This document shows, one piece after another, positions 1 through 9,165 of a stretch of DNA of 64,000 nucleotides. The stretch lies in the sequence record MN871445.1; one strand, 5' to 3'. The notes below the pieces were generated by a model. It did no database searches, was not told where the DNA came from, and saw nothing but the letters and a program-made list of their open reading frames with translations. The stretch's first letter is position 1. Each line of letters begins with the position of its first letter. Both the position numbers and the translations under genes were made by a program.

Positions 1-2
1 TG

Positions 3-263
3 CGCAAAGTCGTATTTACCACCAACCAAGCATCGCTCGACGATATCGATCCAGCCCTGTATCGTGACGGGCGCTGCTTTGGCGTTATTGATTTCAGGAA
101 CTTGACCCCAGAAGAAGCGGTGATTGCTCGTAAAGTGGCTGGTCTCCCGGACTTTGAAAAGGTGCCTACCAACTCAATGCCCCTGGCTACCGCATTGAAA
201 AAGCCACGTAAACGCCTCTACCTGAATAAAACCAAATCAGGTGTAGGTTACGTTACACACTAA
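3..263 (+). CDS. AAA+ ATPase, C-terminal fragment (gene starts before the window)
   Basis: Manual translation from nt 3: RKVVFTTNQASLDDIDPALYRDGRCFGVIDF. This matches the AAA sensor-1 (TTN) and second region of homology (D.AL.R.GR). Stop TAA at 261-263, followed by a hairpin. Confidence 0.7.
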   Translation, partial: RKVVFTTNQASLDDIDPALYRDGRCFGVIDFRNLTPEEAVIARKVAGLPDFEKVPTNSMPLATALKKPRKRLYLNKTKSGVGYVTH

Positions 264-319
264 CTATCGGGGGGGGGGATAATACCCCCCTCATTCGACA
301 ATAATTCAGGAAAAAGCAA

Positions 320-808
320 ATGTCGCTAATCATAAAAAGAACCGAACATGGTGGGCTGATAGATAATTTAAGAGGCCACCACATCGGGGCTAAACTGACA
401 TTAAACTCAGTACGCCATCACAACTGGGAGGCTCGACGACTTAACCTAAGAGACCTCATCACAATCTGTTTTCAAGCAGGTGATAGAACCGTGCGTATCG
501 TCGACACCACTTTATCGATTGATACTCTAACTCCCTGGCCAGGGTTTTATGAACTGCCGGCCCTCTATCTGGGAGTGGTCAGGGATGAAGAGTATTACAA
601 TGGCTGGAACATAGCTGGGCGTTTAAGTATATTGTTGAACGTTCCACTTCCCGGTCCAAGCGGCGGCGAATATGCCTTCAATGATACCCAATACCCCTAT
701 CTGGTAACCCCGCGGGGCGACTATACTGAACTCTGCATAACCGGTGCAATCGAATGCGCCAATGGGGACATCGGTCTGTATTTGCGGGATTTTCCATATT
801 CACCGTAA
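320..808 (+). CDS. hypothetical protein
   Basis: 162-aa ORF with AGGA RBS, followed by a terminator hairpin. Confidence 0.7.
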   Translation: MSLIIKRTEHGGLIDNLRGHHIGAKLTLNSVRHHNWEARRLNLRDLITICFQAGDRTVRIVDTTLSIDTLTPWPGFYELPALYLGVVRDEEYYNGWNIAGRLSILLNVPLPGPSGGEYAFNDTQYPYLVTPRGDYTELCITGAIECANGDIGLYLRDFPYSP

Positions 809-850
809 CGGCATAGGAGGAGGCGCAAGCCTCCTCCTTTTATGTTGTCC
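808..850. terminator. bidirectional hairpin with CATA/TATG flanks
   Basis: acggcata-ggaggaggc-gcaa-gcctcctcc-ttttatgttg, between convergent genes. Confidence 0.8.
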
Positions 851-857
851 TTTTATT

Positions 858-1190
858 TTATTTCGCCTCGGGCAAATCTAAAGTCTGCCCAGCAAATTGA
901 TGAGTACAATCACTGAGATATTGAATTTTACCATCGGTAATAAAACTATGGCATACTTTATTAATATCTTTCGTCGTATCATCAAATTCATCGGGATTAT
1001 CTGATGGTTCTGTCCAGGTCACTAATACTGACGGCTGGAATGTCGGTTTATCCACATCTCCATTAAACAGCCATTGTGGTTGGGTCGTACCACCGGCACG
1101 CACCTGGTGGCGATGACCACAACCAACGCACATAAATGTGTATCCCAACATCTTACCTGTTGCATCATGGAAAGCTTTTACTCTAGCCAT
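858..1190 (-). CDS. DUF6527-like small metal-binding protein
   Basis: CxxC..H, W.FNG...PTF.PS and CH.FI.DG.I..L.DCTH pattern recalled for this phage/bacterial family. Confidence 0.6.
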   Translation of the reverse strand: MARVKAFHDATGKMLGYTFMCVGCGHRHQVRAGGTTQPQWLFNGDVDKPTFQPSVLVTWTEPSDNPDEFDDTTKDINKVCHSFITDGKIQYLSDCTHQFAGQTLDLPEAK

Positions 1191-1208
1191 AAAACCTCCG
1201 GGAGATTA

Positions 1209-1490
1209 ATGATGTTAGAAAAATTAAAGACAATGCTATTCGGCCATAAACTTGTCACATATTCTCCACCAAAGTCCATTAGAATTATTACAGTAAATGA
1301 GACCCAATTGATTGTATCCTTAGTTAGGATGCGACATATTCGTTCTAAGAGGCCTGGGGTCTATCATAATGGGGATTGGTGGCTACGAGTCCATCCTGCC
1401 AATAATTGCGGACCTAAGATAAATTACCCCGGTTACTGGTCATCTATTCAGGCTGCCTCCCAATACTATTCAGATTATCTGGCGGAGTAA
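1209..1490 (+). CDS. hypothetical protein
   Basis: GGAG RBS directly before ATG 1209; start moved from 1074. Confidence 0.65.
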   Translation: MMLEKLKTMLFGHKLVTYSPPKSIRIITVNETQLIVSLVRMRHIRSKRPGVYHNGDWWLRVHPANNCGPKINYPGYWSSIQAASQYYSDYLAE

Positions 1491-1495
1491 TTACC

Positions 1496-1810
1496 ATGAG
1501 TCAGCGCACTAAAGACACTATCATTAATTTATTCTGTTTGATTTGGTTATTTTCGCTGATGTTTGTGGTGTGCGTTATGCAAAATAAATGGGGTATCGGT
1601 GTATTTCTGGTGGGCTACTTAACCCCTTCTTTATTTTTAGCTATAGCGGGTTGGGTTGGTGGCAATAATCGGATAGATAAAATCGTGGGGTTTGGATACG
1701 GCCTCATTTATATCGGTGATTCCGCAATTATTGCGTTAGAATCTATTCGATATGATATTGCGGATTGGCGCAACACACCGAAACCCAAACACAAAAATTT
1801 TAGGTATTAG
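1496..1810 (+). CDS. small membrane protein
   Basis: 2-3 hydrophobic segments; coupled to its neighbours. Confidence 0.65.
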   Translation: MSQRTKDTIINLFCLIWLFSLMFVVCVMQNKWGIGVFLVGYLTPSLFLAIAGWVGGNNRIDKIVGFGYGLIYIGDSAIIALESIRYDIADWRNTPKPKHKNFRY

Positions 1811-1813
1811 CAA

Positions 1814-2389
1814 ATGAACTATGTCACCGTTGTAGGTAGTCGTGATGTAACCGTGGACGAATATCTTCTAATGGTAGAATTAGGGATGTGGCTGGCCTAC
1901 TATTATGGGTTGTATGCACGTTCCGGTAAGGCTACTGGTTCAGACCAAGCTTGGCAGCGCGGATTTGAAATCGGAGATGTTCTTCGTGGACGGAAAGGTC
2001 GACACCAAATATTTTTGGGGTGGGCTTCTTTTGAACGAAAAAATGGCAAGACCAGTGACCGGTACGACATCGTACCGGAAAAAGGTGCTCTTTGGGATAG
2101 GGCAACAGAAATAGCATCGCGCATACATCCTGCCTGGGATAAAGTTAAACCGGGAGGCAGGTTGCAACACACTCGCAACGTGTATCAACTCTTAGGACCC
2201 GATTTAAGCGAACCGTCAAAATTTTGTTTGTATTGTGCCGATGACGATAAGCATGGGGTACCTAAAGGGGGTACTCGAACCGCGGTAATGTTAGCTCGAG
2301 AGAATAACATACCTCAATTTAATGTCAGAGGTAAAACGCTCGATGAAGCAAAACAATGGGTTCGCAAACAACTCCCTCTAAATGCGTGA
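1814..2389 (+). CDS. SLOG-superfamily (DprA/Smf-like) nucleotide-binding protein
   Basis: VTVVGSR, RSGKATGSD (SG.A.G.D) and GGT..AV.LA...NIP motifs of the DprA/YspA-like Rossmannoid fold. Confidence 0.7.
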   Translation: MNYVTVVGSRDVTVDEYLLMVELGMWLAYYYGLYARSGKATGSDQAWQRGFEIGDVLRGRKGRHQIFLGWASFERKNGKTSDRYDIVPEKGALWDRATEIASRIHPAWDKVKPGGRLQHTRNVYQLLGPDLSEPSKFCLYCADDDKHGVPKGGTRTAVMLARENNIPQFNVRGKTLDEAKQWVRKQLPLNA

Positions 2390-2430
2390 AAACCATCAAA
2401 TAAAATAATTATAAACCTATATCACTTCGA
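2388..2430 (+). promoter_or_regulatory. early (virion RNAP) promoter
   Basis: aaaataattataaacc-TATATCAC, close to the phiKZ early consensus TATATTAC; near-identical copy at 9079-9120. Confidence 0.75.
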
Positions 2431-2469
2431 TGAATAGGTACCTTACTTTACTTTTTTGAGGAGAGCATT

Positions 2470-2883
2470 ATGTTTTATATTTTAGGTTTATTATCAATAT
2501 TTGGTCTCGGTGCTATCAGTGCATATCCGTCTGGCAGTATTGTTGTGTGGGCCGTCATCGCCATGGCTGCATTGGTTTGTATCCTTTCTTTTATCCACGA
2601 AAGAAAAGAAACCGTGGCTGCAGTATGGGCGGTGCTTGACGTAGCGGTAGAGAATGAAGAACACTACTGGGAGTTCACGGAGTTTAATTTGGCTCCTTAC
2701 GTCATCAATAAATTATCGGATTCTGATGCGGGGGCTAATTTCTGGTTAATGGATTATTCTTTTAAATTGAAGCCCGGGATTAATGGTGATACCACCATTG
2801 TGGAACTCACCTTAGGGCGTAAAAAATATCGTCGGGAATATCCGAGCAATTTCTTCTTACCTACTGACCTGAAACAAGCATAA
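2470..2883 (+). CDS. early membrane protein
   Basis: GAGGAG RBS; two N-terminal hydrophobic helices. Confidence 0.7.
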   Translation: MFYILGLLSIFGLGAISAYPSGSIVVWAVIAMAALVCILSFIHERKETVAAVWAVLDVAVENEEHYWEFTEFNLAPYVINKLSDSDAGANFWLMDYSFKLKPGINGDTTIVELTLGRKKYRREYPSNFFLPTDLKQA

Positions 2884-2958
2884 CTCTCAGCAAAGTAAAG
2901 TAAGAAATCAGAGGGTGGGTAAAACCACCCTCATTTATAACGTTATAGGAGTTTTGTT

Positions 2959-3345
2959 ATGTTAGACGAACTGGTTATTGCGGGCGCATTATCTCGATTA
3001 GGGATTACTGGCTTTATTTCTAATTTGGGGGTCATGGCAGTACATCACAACGGGCCGACCGTTACGATTTCTCTGCCCGGTGAACAGACCGACGTTTTGT
3101 CTGGTCGGCAATTCGAAGCCAGCGTCAATGAAACCCATCTGAAAGAAACGGGGAAGCCTATTATCTTTAAAGGTCCTTTATCTTATCGTGATGGTTCCGA
3201 TGACCTAAAAGTTGTATTGTTTGAGAATACTTACGGCCATGCCCTGTTGAACGAAACACTGGGTGTGTGTACCGTATACATCCACAATACGTTGGCCCTG
3301 TCCCTCCATCGCGATAGTGATGGGTTCTGGGTTACCGTTGATTAA
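2959..3345 (+). CDS. hypothetical protein
   Basis: AGGAG RBS; 128 aa. Confidence 0.7.
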   Translation: MLDELVIAGALSRLGITGFISNLGVMAVHHNGPTVTISLPGEQTDVLSGRQFEASVNETHLKETGKPIIFKGPLSYRDGSDDLKVVLFENTYGHALLNETLGVCTVYIHNTLALSLHRDSDGFWVTVD

Positions 3346-3361
3346 ACTGAAGGGGAACACC

Positions 3362-3709
3362 ATGGCAGAAGTAACTATAAAAGATCTGAATAATGAAACG
3401 CTGGATATGTTGCGGGCCGTGACCGTGTGGTTACAACGTTCGCCTTACGACCCGGCTGCACTGCATAATGCGGTCGCATTATTGTCCACATCCGTCACTA
3501 ACCTGTTTCAGTTGATCAACAAACAAACTGAGCAACATGATATCGTGGTCGAGAATATCCGGGCTCTCACCAAGAACAATCAATTGATTATAGATAGCCT
3601 GCAGTTACTGGCCGGTAACTTTGTCAATCTGGCATCCATTACGATACCGAAACCGGACGAAGAAGCGTCGGATGAAAAGCCGACATCAAATTTCGAAACC
3701 AAATACTGA
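3362..3709 (+). CDS. hypothetical coiled-coil protein
   Basis: AGGGG RBS before ATG 3362; heptad-like amphipathic helix and acidic tail. Confidence 0.7.
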   Translation: MAEVTIKDLNNETLDMLRAVTVWLQRSPYDPAALHNAVALLSTSVTNLFQLINKQTEQHDIVVENIRALTKNNQLIIDSLQLLAGNFVNLASITIPKPDEEASDEKPTSNFETKY

Positions 3710-3727
3710 GTATAGGAGCGACGGACC

Positions 3728-4306
3728 ATGGCTATTAGCGCAACAGCAGTTGTAAACCACAATGATAAAGAATATCACTTGGATGTGCTTCCTTTTCTTT
3801 ATGCCGATGGATTAGAAACGGCTGAATTTCGTCGGGTTATTCGACCAGAACCGGAGGGCTGCCGGTTGGGGGTTATAAGGACCTACATCAAAGGCATTAC
3901 CGGTGTCGATGACGATGATGAATTCTCCATCGACATGGGGATGGTTCATCAGGATGACATTGATGCGATGATGGTCACTCACCTACCTCCGGATAAAGAT
4001 AAGTATCCCTTCCAATCCAATCCGCGTATCAAAAAGCTTATTCTAAAAGAATTGGCGTATACTGGGCGTGCCGACCCAATCGGCCTAAAGCGCGAACTCG
4101 CCACTGACGGGAAACGAGTATTCACCTACGACCAAGATTTTACCGGGCTGGAGCATGTCGTCTCTGCCGAAGTAAACATCTGGTATAAAGACGGGCGTCG
4201 GCCACAGGTCCACGTCATTCTAGCTAAAAGCGGCCTACAGGCAACTCAACTGGTTGCTGCGCATCTCTATCTGGCTTACGGCACCTATCGTGCTTACCCG
4301 TATTAA
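3728..4306 (+). CDS. hypothetical protein
   Basis: AGGAG RBS; 192 aa. Confidence 0.7.
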   Translation: MAISATAVVNHNDKEYHLDVLPFLYADGLETAEFRRVIRPEPEGCRLGVIRTYIKGITGVDDDDEFSIDMGMVHQDDIDAMMVTHLPPDKDKYPFQSNPRIKKLILKELAYTGRADPIGLKRELATDGKRVFTYDQDFTGLEHVVSAEVNIWYKDGRRPQVHVILAKSGLQATQLVAAHLYLAYGTYRAYPY

Positions 4307-4318
4307 TTGGAGCTTATC

Positions 4319-4570
4319 ATGTTTGAATGGTTCACTGCTTGGAAAGATGGTCAGCTGCAGCGGTATATTTGTAAAAATAAAGCGCTTGATGGGTTAGACT
4401 ATACCGGGGTAAAAAAACCTCTTCGCTTACATACCACGTCTGCCTTAGTTGATGGTATAGTAGCAGTGTGGCTAATGCGGCAATCTGTGTTTACGCGACG
4501 CTTCTACACCCCGCCCAAATTTAAGTATGTTACATCGGGCGATAAAGTCAGAATTTGTATGTATCGCTAA
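4319..4570 (+). CDS. hypothetical protein
   Basis: GGAG RBS before ATG 4319; followed by a hairpin at about 4578-4602. Confidence 0.6.
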   Translation: MFEWFTAWKDGQLQRYICKNKALDGLDYTGVKKPLRLHTTSALVDGIVAVWLMRQSVFTRRFYTPPKFKYVTSGDKVRICMYR

Positions 4571-4661
4571 AGCGTACATCGGGGAGGAGCCTAGGCTCCT
4601 CCCCATACGCTGCTCATTGATTTTATTTTTTGCCATAATAAGCAACGTAGGGGGGCATACC

Positions 4662-5180
4662 GTGAGAGATAAGTTCTGGGTACCGGAAATCACCCGGGTA
4701 GTCACCCTGGGCATTAACACTCCTACTCCGCAAATAAATAATGATGGTTCTTACGATGTCGTATTAGCTAACCTGAATGCGCAGTCTATAGATGGTCAGC
4801 TTGTTATTATTGACGACGCACTGCTTAGAAATCAGATGGACTTTTTAACGGGACAACAATTAGGACAGTATAATTTTTCAGGAACGATTAACAATATCCC
4901 GTATGGGCCTACTGTAAAGAAGATGGAAGCACGCATTCCCAACCCGATGTATACCTTAAATGGCTATTCGTTACAATATCACGACGATGGTCATGTTACG
5001 GTTATGGGTAATGTCACTCCGACAAACCAAACTTTATGGGATAAACTTGCAATAAATAATCGCGGACTTTTCTTTTCTATGCGTTCGCTGATTACTATTC
5101 ATGGAGAAACCCGTGAAGTCCTAAGCATCATTTCTTTCGATATGGAAAGGCGTGTGGTGCTAAGGCGGTTCAAAGGATGA
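4662..5180 (+). CDS. hypothetical protein
   Basis: probable GTG start after GGGGG RBS; the upstream part of the listed ORF overlaps a terminator. Confidence 0.6.
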   Translation: MRDKFWVPEITRVVTLGINTPTPQINNDGSYDVVLANLNAQSIDGQLVIIDDALLRNQMDFLTGQQLGQYNFSGTINNIPYGPTVKKMEARIPNPMYTLNGYSLQYHDDGHVTVMGNVTPTNQTLWDKLAINNRGLFFSMRSLITIHGETREVLSIISFDMERRVVLRRFKG

Positions 5181-5473
5181 TGAGCAAACAAGAATATTGG
5201 ATAACATGGTTTGTGTTGGGTCTAGTGTTATTGTTTCTTGTCGGAGGGATGTGTTTGGTGGGTTATGCTGTTTATAACCGGTACGTTTCAGCGGGGTTGG
5301 CTTATTTAATTCTGGGTTTAATGGTCTACACAGTGGACCCAGGTAAATATCTTTCTCTAGATGGGCGTATTGGTACTCAACCTAGTTTATGGCCTTTATT
5401 GGGTTGGGTGGTTTATTTGCCTTGGATAATTGTACTTTGGTTTTGTTCGCCATGGTACGTATTTAGGCGTTAG
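5177..5473 (+). CDS. small multi-pass membrane protein
   Basis: three hydrophobic segments; ATGA overlap with the upstream gene. Confidence 0.7.
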   Translation: MMSKQEYWITWFVLGLVLLFLVGGMCLVGYAVYNRYVSAGLAYLILGLMVYTVDPGKYLSLDGRIGTQPSLWPLLGWVVYLPWIIVLWFCSPWYVFRR

Positions 5474-5533
5474 GTATGATACGGTGCCAAATAGCATCTT
5501 TTTTTCTGAAGATTGAGGCAAGAGGCTAACTCA

Positions 5534-5842
5534 ATGAAAATTACTTTCTCGGAACTGTTAATGAATTGGGCACTTACCCTGGTTATTTTACTCACCCTTC
5601 CTTTGAATGCCTATATGGCTTCTCGAGGATTGGGAGCAACCAGTCAAGTGTTTATCGTGTTGTTTTATTTGTGTGGGGTGTTGTTTTCGTTTACGTTGTG
5701 CCGAAACAAATACCGCCAAGAAACCTCATTCAGCTCAGCTGTCTGGTTATCAATATTTTGGTTTGTCGTTACGGTAATCACCACCATCAGCGCAACCCGT
5801 TTCTATTTGTATCCGACATCAACAACACAACAAATTCAGTAG
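5534..5842 (+). CDS. small multi-pass membrane protein
   Basis: GAGG RBS; three hydrophobic segments. Confidence 0.65.
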   Translation: MKITFSELLMNWALTLVILLTLPLNAYMASRGLGATSQVFIVLFYLCGVLFSFTLCRNKYRQETSFSSAVWLSIFWFVVTVITTISATRFYLYPTSTTQQIQ

Positions 5843-5851
5843 TGACGAGTG

Positions 5852-5928
5852 GCTAGGTATTGGGGATAAATCTCCGATACCTAGCTATTTATGCCGTCGA
5901 CGGCATAAAAGGGAGGCCGAAGCCTCCC
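5852..5928. terminator. two back-to-back terminators around a 22-bp palindrome
   Basis: hairpin ctaggtattgggga-taaa-tctccgatacctag, then palindrome tttatgccgtcgacggcataaa (5888-5909), then gggaggc-cgaa-gcctccc. Confidence 0.8.
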
Positions 5929-5933
5929 AGATA

Positions 5934-6452
5934 TTACAGTGAGCCCAGATCGGTTTCCGGAGCTACCGAGGCAACAGTAACCGCCTGAGTTACGGTGATT
6001 ACCACAGTGCCGCTGAAGGCGTAGTTGGTTTCCGTTGCGGCTACGGTGAGGGTATACACTTCACCGGAGGTTACCACTGCGGAAGTAATAACAACATCAT
6101 CCGCGGCCAGACCCAGACCCAGAACGGAATTAACGACCGCCAGAAGATCTTCGGCGCTGGAGGTATCGGTCAGTACCGGAGTTCCGGCCCACGCAAACGT
6201 AGCGTTAGCTACCGCCAGTACGTCGCTAACATAGGCGGCCAGGCCCTTACGCACGTAGTTATACGTGGTCGGGTCTTTATACTTGGTGCTGTCCACCGGC
6301 GACAGCACAACCGCCGCGTCGTGATTTTCGAGCGCAGATGCTTGGACCGCAGACAGAGTGAACTGGTCGCGCAGCGCATCGTAGTTCGGGTTTTTGGTCG
6401 CGATGAGGTCTTTGACGATTTCAACAGGAGATTTGGACCAGGTAATAGCCAT
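5934..6452 (-). CDS. putative virion structural/decoration protein (beta-rich, Ala/Val/Thr-rich)
   Basis: S.vEiv.DLI...N and T.Y.YVR pattern typical of small jumbo-phage virion protein families; host-like optimal codons. Confidence 0.55.
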   Translation of the reverse strand: MAITWSKSPVEIVKDLIATKNPNYDALRDQFTLSAVQASALENHDAAVVLSPVDSTKYKDPTTYNYVRKGLAAYVSDVLAVANATFAWAGTPVLTDTSSAEDLLAVVNSVLGLGLAADDVVITSAVVTSGEVYTLTVAATETNYAFSGTVVITVTQAVTVASVAPETDLGSL

Positions 6453-6497
6453 GATAATCCTCTTAGGGTTTATTGGTGTTACGTAAATTTATTTCCA

Positions 6498-6950
6498 CTA
6501 TTCTATTTTGCCCAGGTCGGTATTTGGGAACAGAATTGAAATGGATTGTGGGTGAATATAGTTGATGTGTAAAATGCCCGTTCCATAAAAGACCGGGTGT
6601 TTCGAACCCAGAGAATATTTTAGATCAAAACCATCATCAGTTACGACCAATTGTCCAGATACAAAATTATCTGGAATGAAAGCCACCCGCAGGTGGGAAC
6701 TTAATATCTGCGATATATCTTGCAGCGTGCTTGATGCACTTAATTGGGTAACATCACCGTTAACAGTCATGGTGGTGTTGTCCCATACTTTTAGGAAACG
6801 GGATAATTTTAGTTTACCTCTGGATTTATCAATGAGGTCTCCTACTGATATATTGACCCCGAAGAAAATGACCAGAAGCGTTAATACAATCACGGCGATA
6901 GACAGCGCCGTCACTGCAAGGCTTACATCAATCATTGCATCACCATTCAA
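6498..6950 (-). CDS. putative virion protein, likely paralog of 5934-6452
   Basis: SVGDLIDKS N-terminal motif and C-terminal .F.G...I..I plus S...L.P..DLG ending resemble the neighbouring gene. Confidence 0.5.
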   Translation of the reverse strand: MNGDAMIDVSLAVTALSIAVIVLTLLVIFFGVNISVGDLIDKSRGKLKLSRFLKVWDNTTMTVNGDVTQLSASSTLQDISQILSSHLRVAFIPDNFVSGQLVVTDDGFDLKYSLGSKHPVFYGTGILHINYIHPQSISILFPNTDLGKIE

Positions 6951-9021
6951 TTGAACGTGGAGTTGGACGAGTTACAATCCCAGAGTACTCAGGTCCATCA
7001 ATGAAATTATTAAAAGTATTCAATACGATTTGCCAGTCGTCGCTGCGGGCCATTTCGCATAATTCTTCCACGGATGTATTTTCAATGTCCGGTAAATCAT
7101 ACCCCATGATAGATGCGACTTGTTCTTTGGACCATTGAACAATTTCTGCGGCGCGTGTTGAAATATTGGGTTTATTACCCGTATCCAACAATACATTCCA
7201 TACTTCAACCTGGGTATCTTGACCAATCCGGTCTGCTCGACTGATAGCTTGTAGTCTATCATGTTCGCGGAAAGGCTGGTTCAGCAGGATAACTGTATTT
7301 GCTACCGTTAATGGTACTGCGGTTGATAGGGAAGGGAAGGTAGCGACCAGAGGGTTGGCTCTAGGGTTACTTTCGAACGTATCAACCAACTTCGGCAAAT
7401 CTTTATTTGTTTCTCCATAAACCAATACCGGTTGGAATCCGTTCTTTTTAAGATAGGTATTAGTTTGTTGTAGCACTTCCACATAACTGGTGAAGATGAG
7501 TGTTTTTTTCTCCGAATTAGCAATGATCTTCGGGAGTCCAGCATATTCCACCAATGCCGCATTACACTCCGCACGCCGTTTACCCAACACCCTACCCAGT
7601 GCTTCTCCCGCCACTTTCAAATTCAAATACTTCAATACCGACCGACAATCTTTGAATTGGTTACGTAACGGCTGTTGCAATACCGGCATGATAACTTGAC
7701 GCTCAAACTTATTGCAAAGTATGGCTTCTTGCTGCATCTGTTGTGGGTCGTACCCTTTACGGATGGTGGCAAATGCTCGCTGGTATTCTTTAAAGTTTTT
7801 CTTTTGGTCTGGCGTTGTGATGTGTTTTCTATACTCATCTAATCCTTGTTCGTATATCTTTTCATACATCTTCATATTCTTTTTGTAGTAAGCCAGTCGT
7901 TCATCAATGAATTTAGTCATATCCATGCGGACATAATCCAGGGTATATTTATTACCCGTTGGAATTTTGACTTTAACCTCGTGTTCTTCTGGCACCATGT
8001 CCGTAAATTGCGATTTGGGAATGCGCATTGAAACCAATCCGATTCGATTACGCAAGATGTCGATAGCCTTGGTGCTAGATTTCCCAAATATCTTCTTAAA
8101 TCGGGTTTCCACATCTGCGGTAAAGAATGGGTCTATTGTGCTGATAAGCGGAATGGTTTCATACCCCATGGCTTTTATTGGCGTCCCTGATGCCCAAATA
8201 ACGTGTTCGGCTTTTACGTTGCGACAAAACTCAACGGTGAGTTGTGTGCGCTTGGCCGAAGTTTCATTAAGGTTGTGGGATTCGTCAATAATAACCACGA
8301 TTTTACGTCCACCCATCTTAGACGCCAGTTGTCTTAGTGGCTCTAGATTTTCGTGGTGGAAAATGTAATACTTGTAGTCATTGATATTGGCTGGGAGTTT
8401 TTGTTGTGCATCCCAAACAAATGCCTTTTGAGGTTCTTTGTACTCTTCAAGCAATGTTTTTTCCCACACTTTATATACCGCCTTCTTGGGCGGGAGCATC
8501 ACTACAAAATCGGGCTCTACACATTCGGCGACATAAAGACTATTTAGTGTTTTTCCTGCCCCGGGCTCAGCAGCCAGCAAATATCCCCGAAGATGGTACT
8601 TCGGCACCATTTCGTTATACCGGTGTAAAAACTTGGTCTGGTGTTCCAGAGGGGGTTTCTTGAATAGGTTGAGTTTACTATAATTGAGGATGTCCGGGTG
8701 TTCTAGTGTGATATCTTTTAACCAGGATTCTTCCAACAACGCATCTATTGCTTTTTGCAAAGCCCGTTTGTTGACTCCGTGCTTAACCGGGGCATCCATA
8801 AGTTGCTGGAGCATATACAGCACTTCTACCGCAAAGAAGCTATCGAAACTTGCTTTCATTGTGGTGAGTTGGGTGAACATGTAACTAGCTAGTTTATTCG
8901 TCCCCCACGTTTTGGTGATGTCTTTACCGAACGTATTCCCAGGCAACCCCTCAAGGCTGATTGTTGTGGGCGTTTCCCGGACGGTAATATTACCCAGTAA
9001 ACGGTTGAATGCAGAAAACAT
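6940..9021 (-). CDS. SNF2/SWI2-like SF2 helicase/translocase
   Basis: Walker A AEPGAGKT, DESH, SGTP, and C-terminal QAISRADRIGQ. Confidence 0.88.
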   Translation of the reverse strand: MFSAFNRLLGNITVRETPTTISLEGLPGNTFGKDITKTWGTNKLASYMFTQLTTMKASFDSFFAVEVLYMLQQLMDAPVKHGVNKRALQKAIDALLEESWLKDITLEHPDILNYSKLNLFKKPPLEHQTKFLHRYNEMVPKYHLRGYLLAAEPGAGKTLNSLYVAECVEPDFVVMLPPKKAVYKVWEKTLLEEYKEPQKAFVWDAQQKLPANINDYKYYIFHHENLEPLRQLASKMGGRKIVVIIDESHNLNETSAKRTQLTVEFCRNVKAEHVIWASGTPIKAMGYETIPLISTIDPFFTADVETRFKKIFGKSSTKAIDILRNRIGLVSMRIPKSQFTDMVPEEHEVKVKIPTGNKYTLDYVRMDMTKFIDERLAYYKKNMKMYEKIYEQGLDEYRKHITTPDQKKNFKEYQRAFATIRKGYDPQQMQQEAILCNKFERQVIMPVLQQPLRNQFKDCRSVLKYLNLKVAGEALGRVLGKRRAECNAALVEYAGLPKIIANSEKKTLIFTSYVEVLQQTNTYLKKNGFQPVLVYGETNKDLPKLVDTFESNPRANPLVATFPSLSTAVPLTVANTVILLNQPFREHDRLQAISRADRIGQDTQVEVWNVLLDTGNKPNISTRAAEIVQWSKEQVASIMGYDLPDIENTSVEELCEMARSDDWQIVLNTFNNFIDGPEYSGIVTRPTPRSIEW

Positions 9022-9078
9022 CAGATGCTCCTTTTATCCGCAATAAATTAAAATAGATTCAAATCATAATCGTTTTAT

Positions 9079-9120
9079 GAAAATCATCAAATAAAATAAT
9101 TATAAGCCTATATAACTTAG
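9079..9120 (+). promoter_or_regulatory. early promoter
   Basis: aaaataattataagcc-TATATAAC; about 45-bp near-repeat of 2388-2430. Confidence 0.75.
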
Positions 9121-9165
9121 GTGAATAAGGACCACTAGACCATCTGACATTACGGAGTAATTGCC

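Noticed and set aside
269-290. G10 run in the hairpin after the AAA ATPase
   Set aside because: It is one arm of a terminator (G10 versus C6) and lies outside coding sequence. It could be a homopolymer artefact; there is no evidence for phase variation.
2388-9125. About 45-bp direct repeat pair as possible att sites or mobile-element ends
   Set aside because: The repeat is fully explained as two copies of the early promoter, and there is no integrase or transposase in between.
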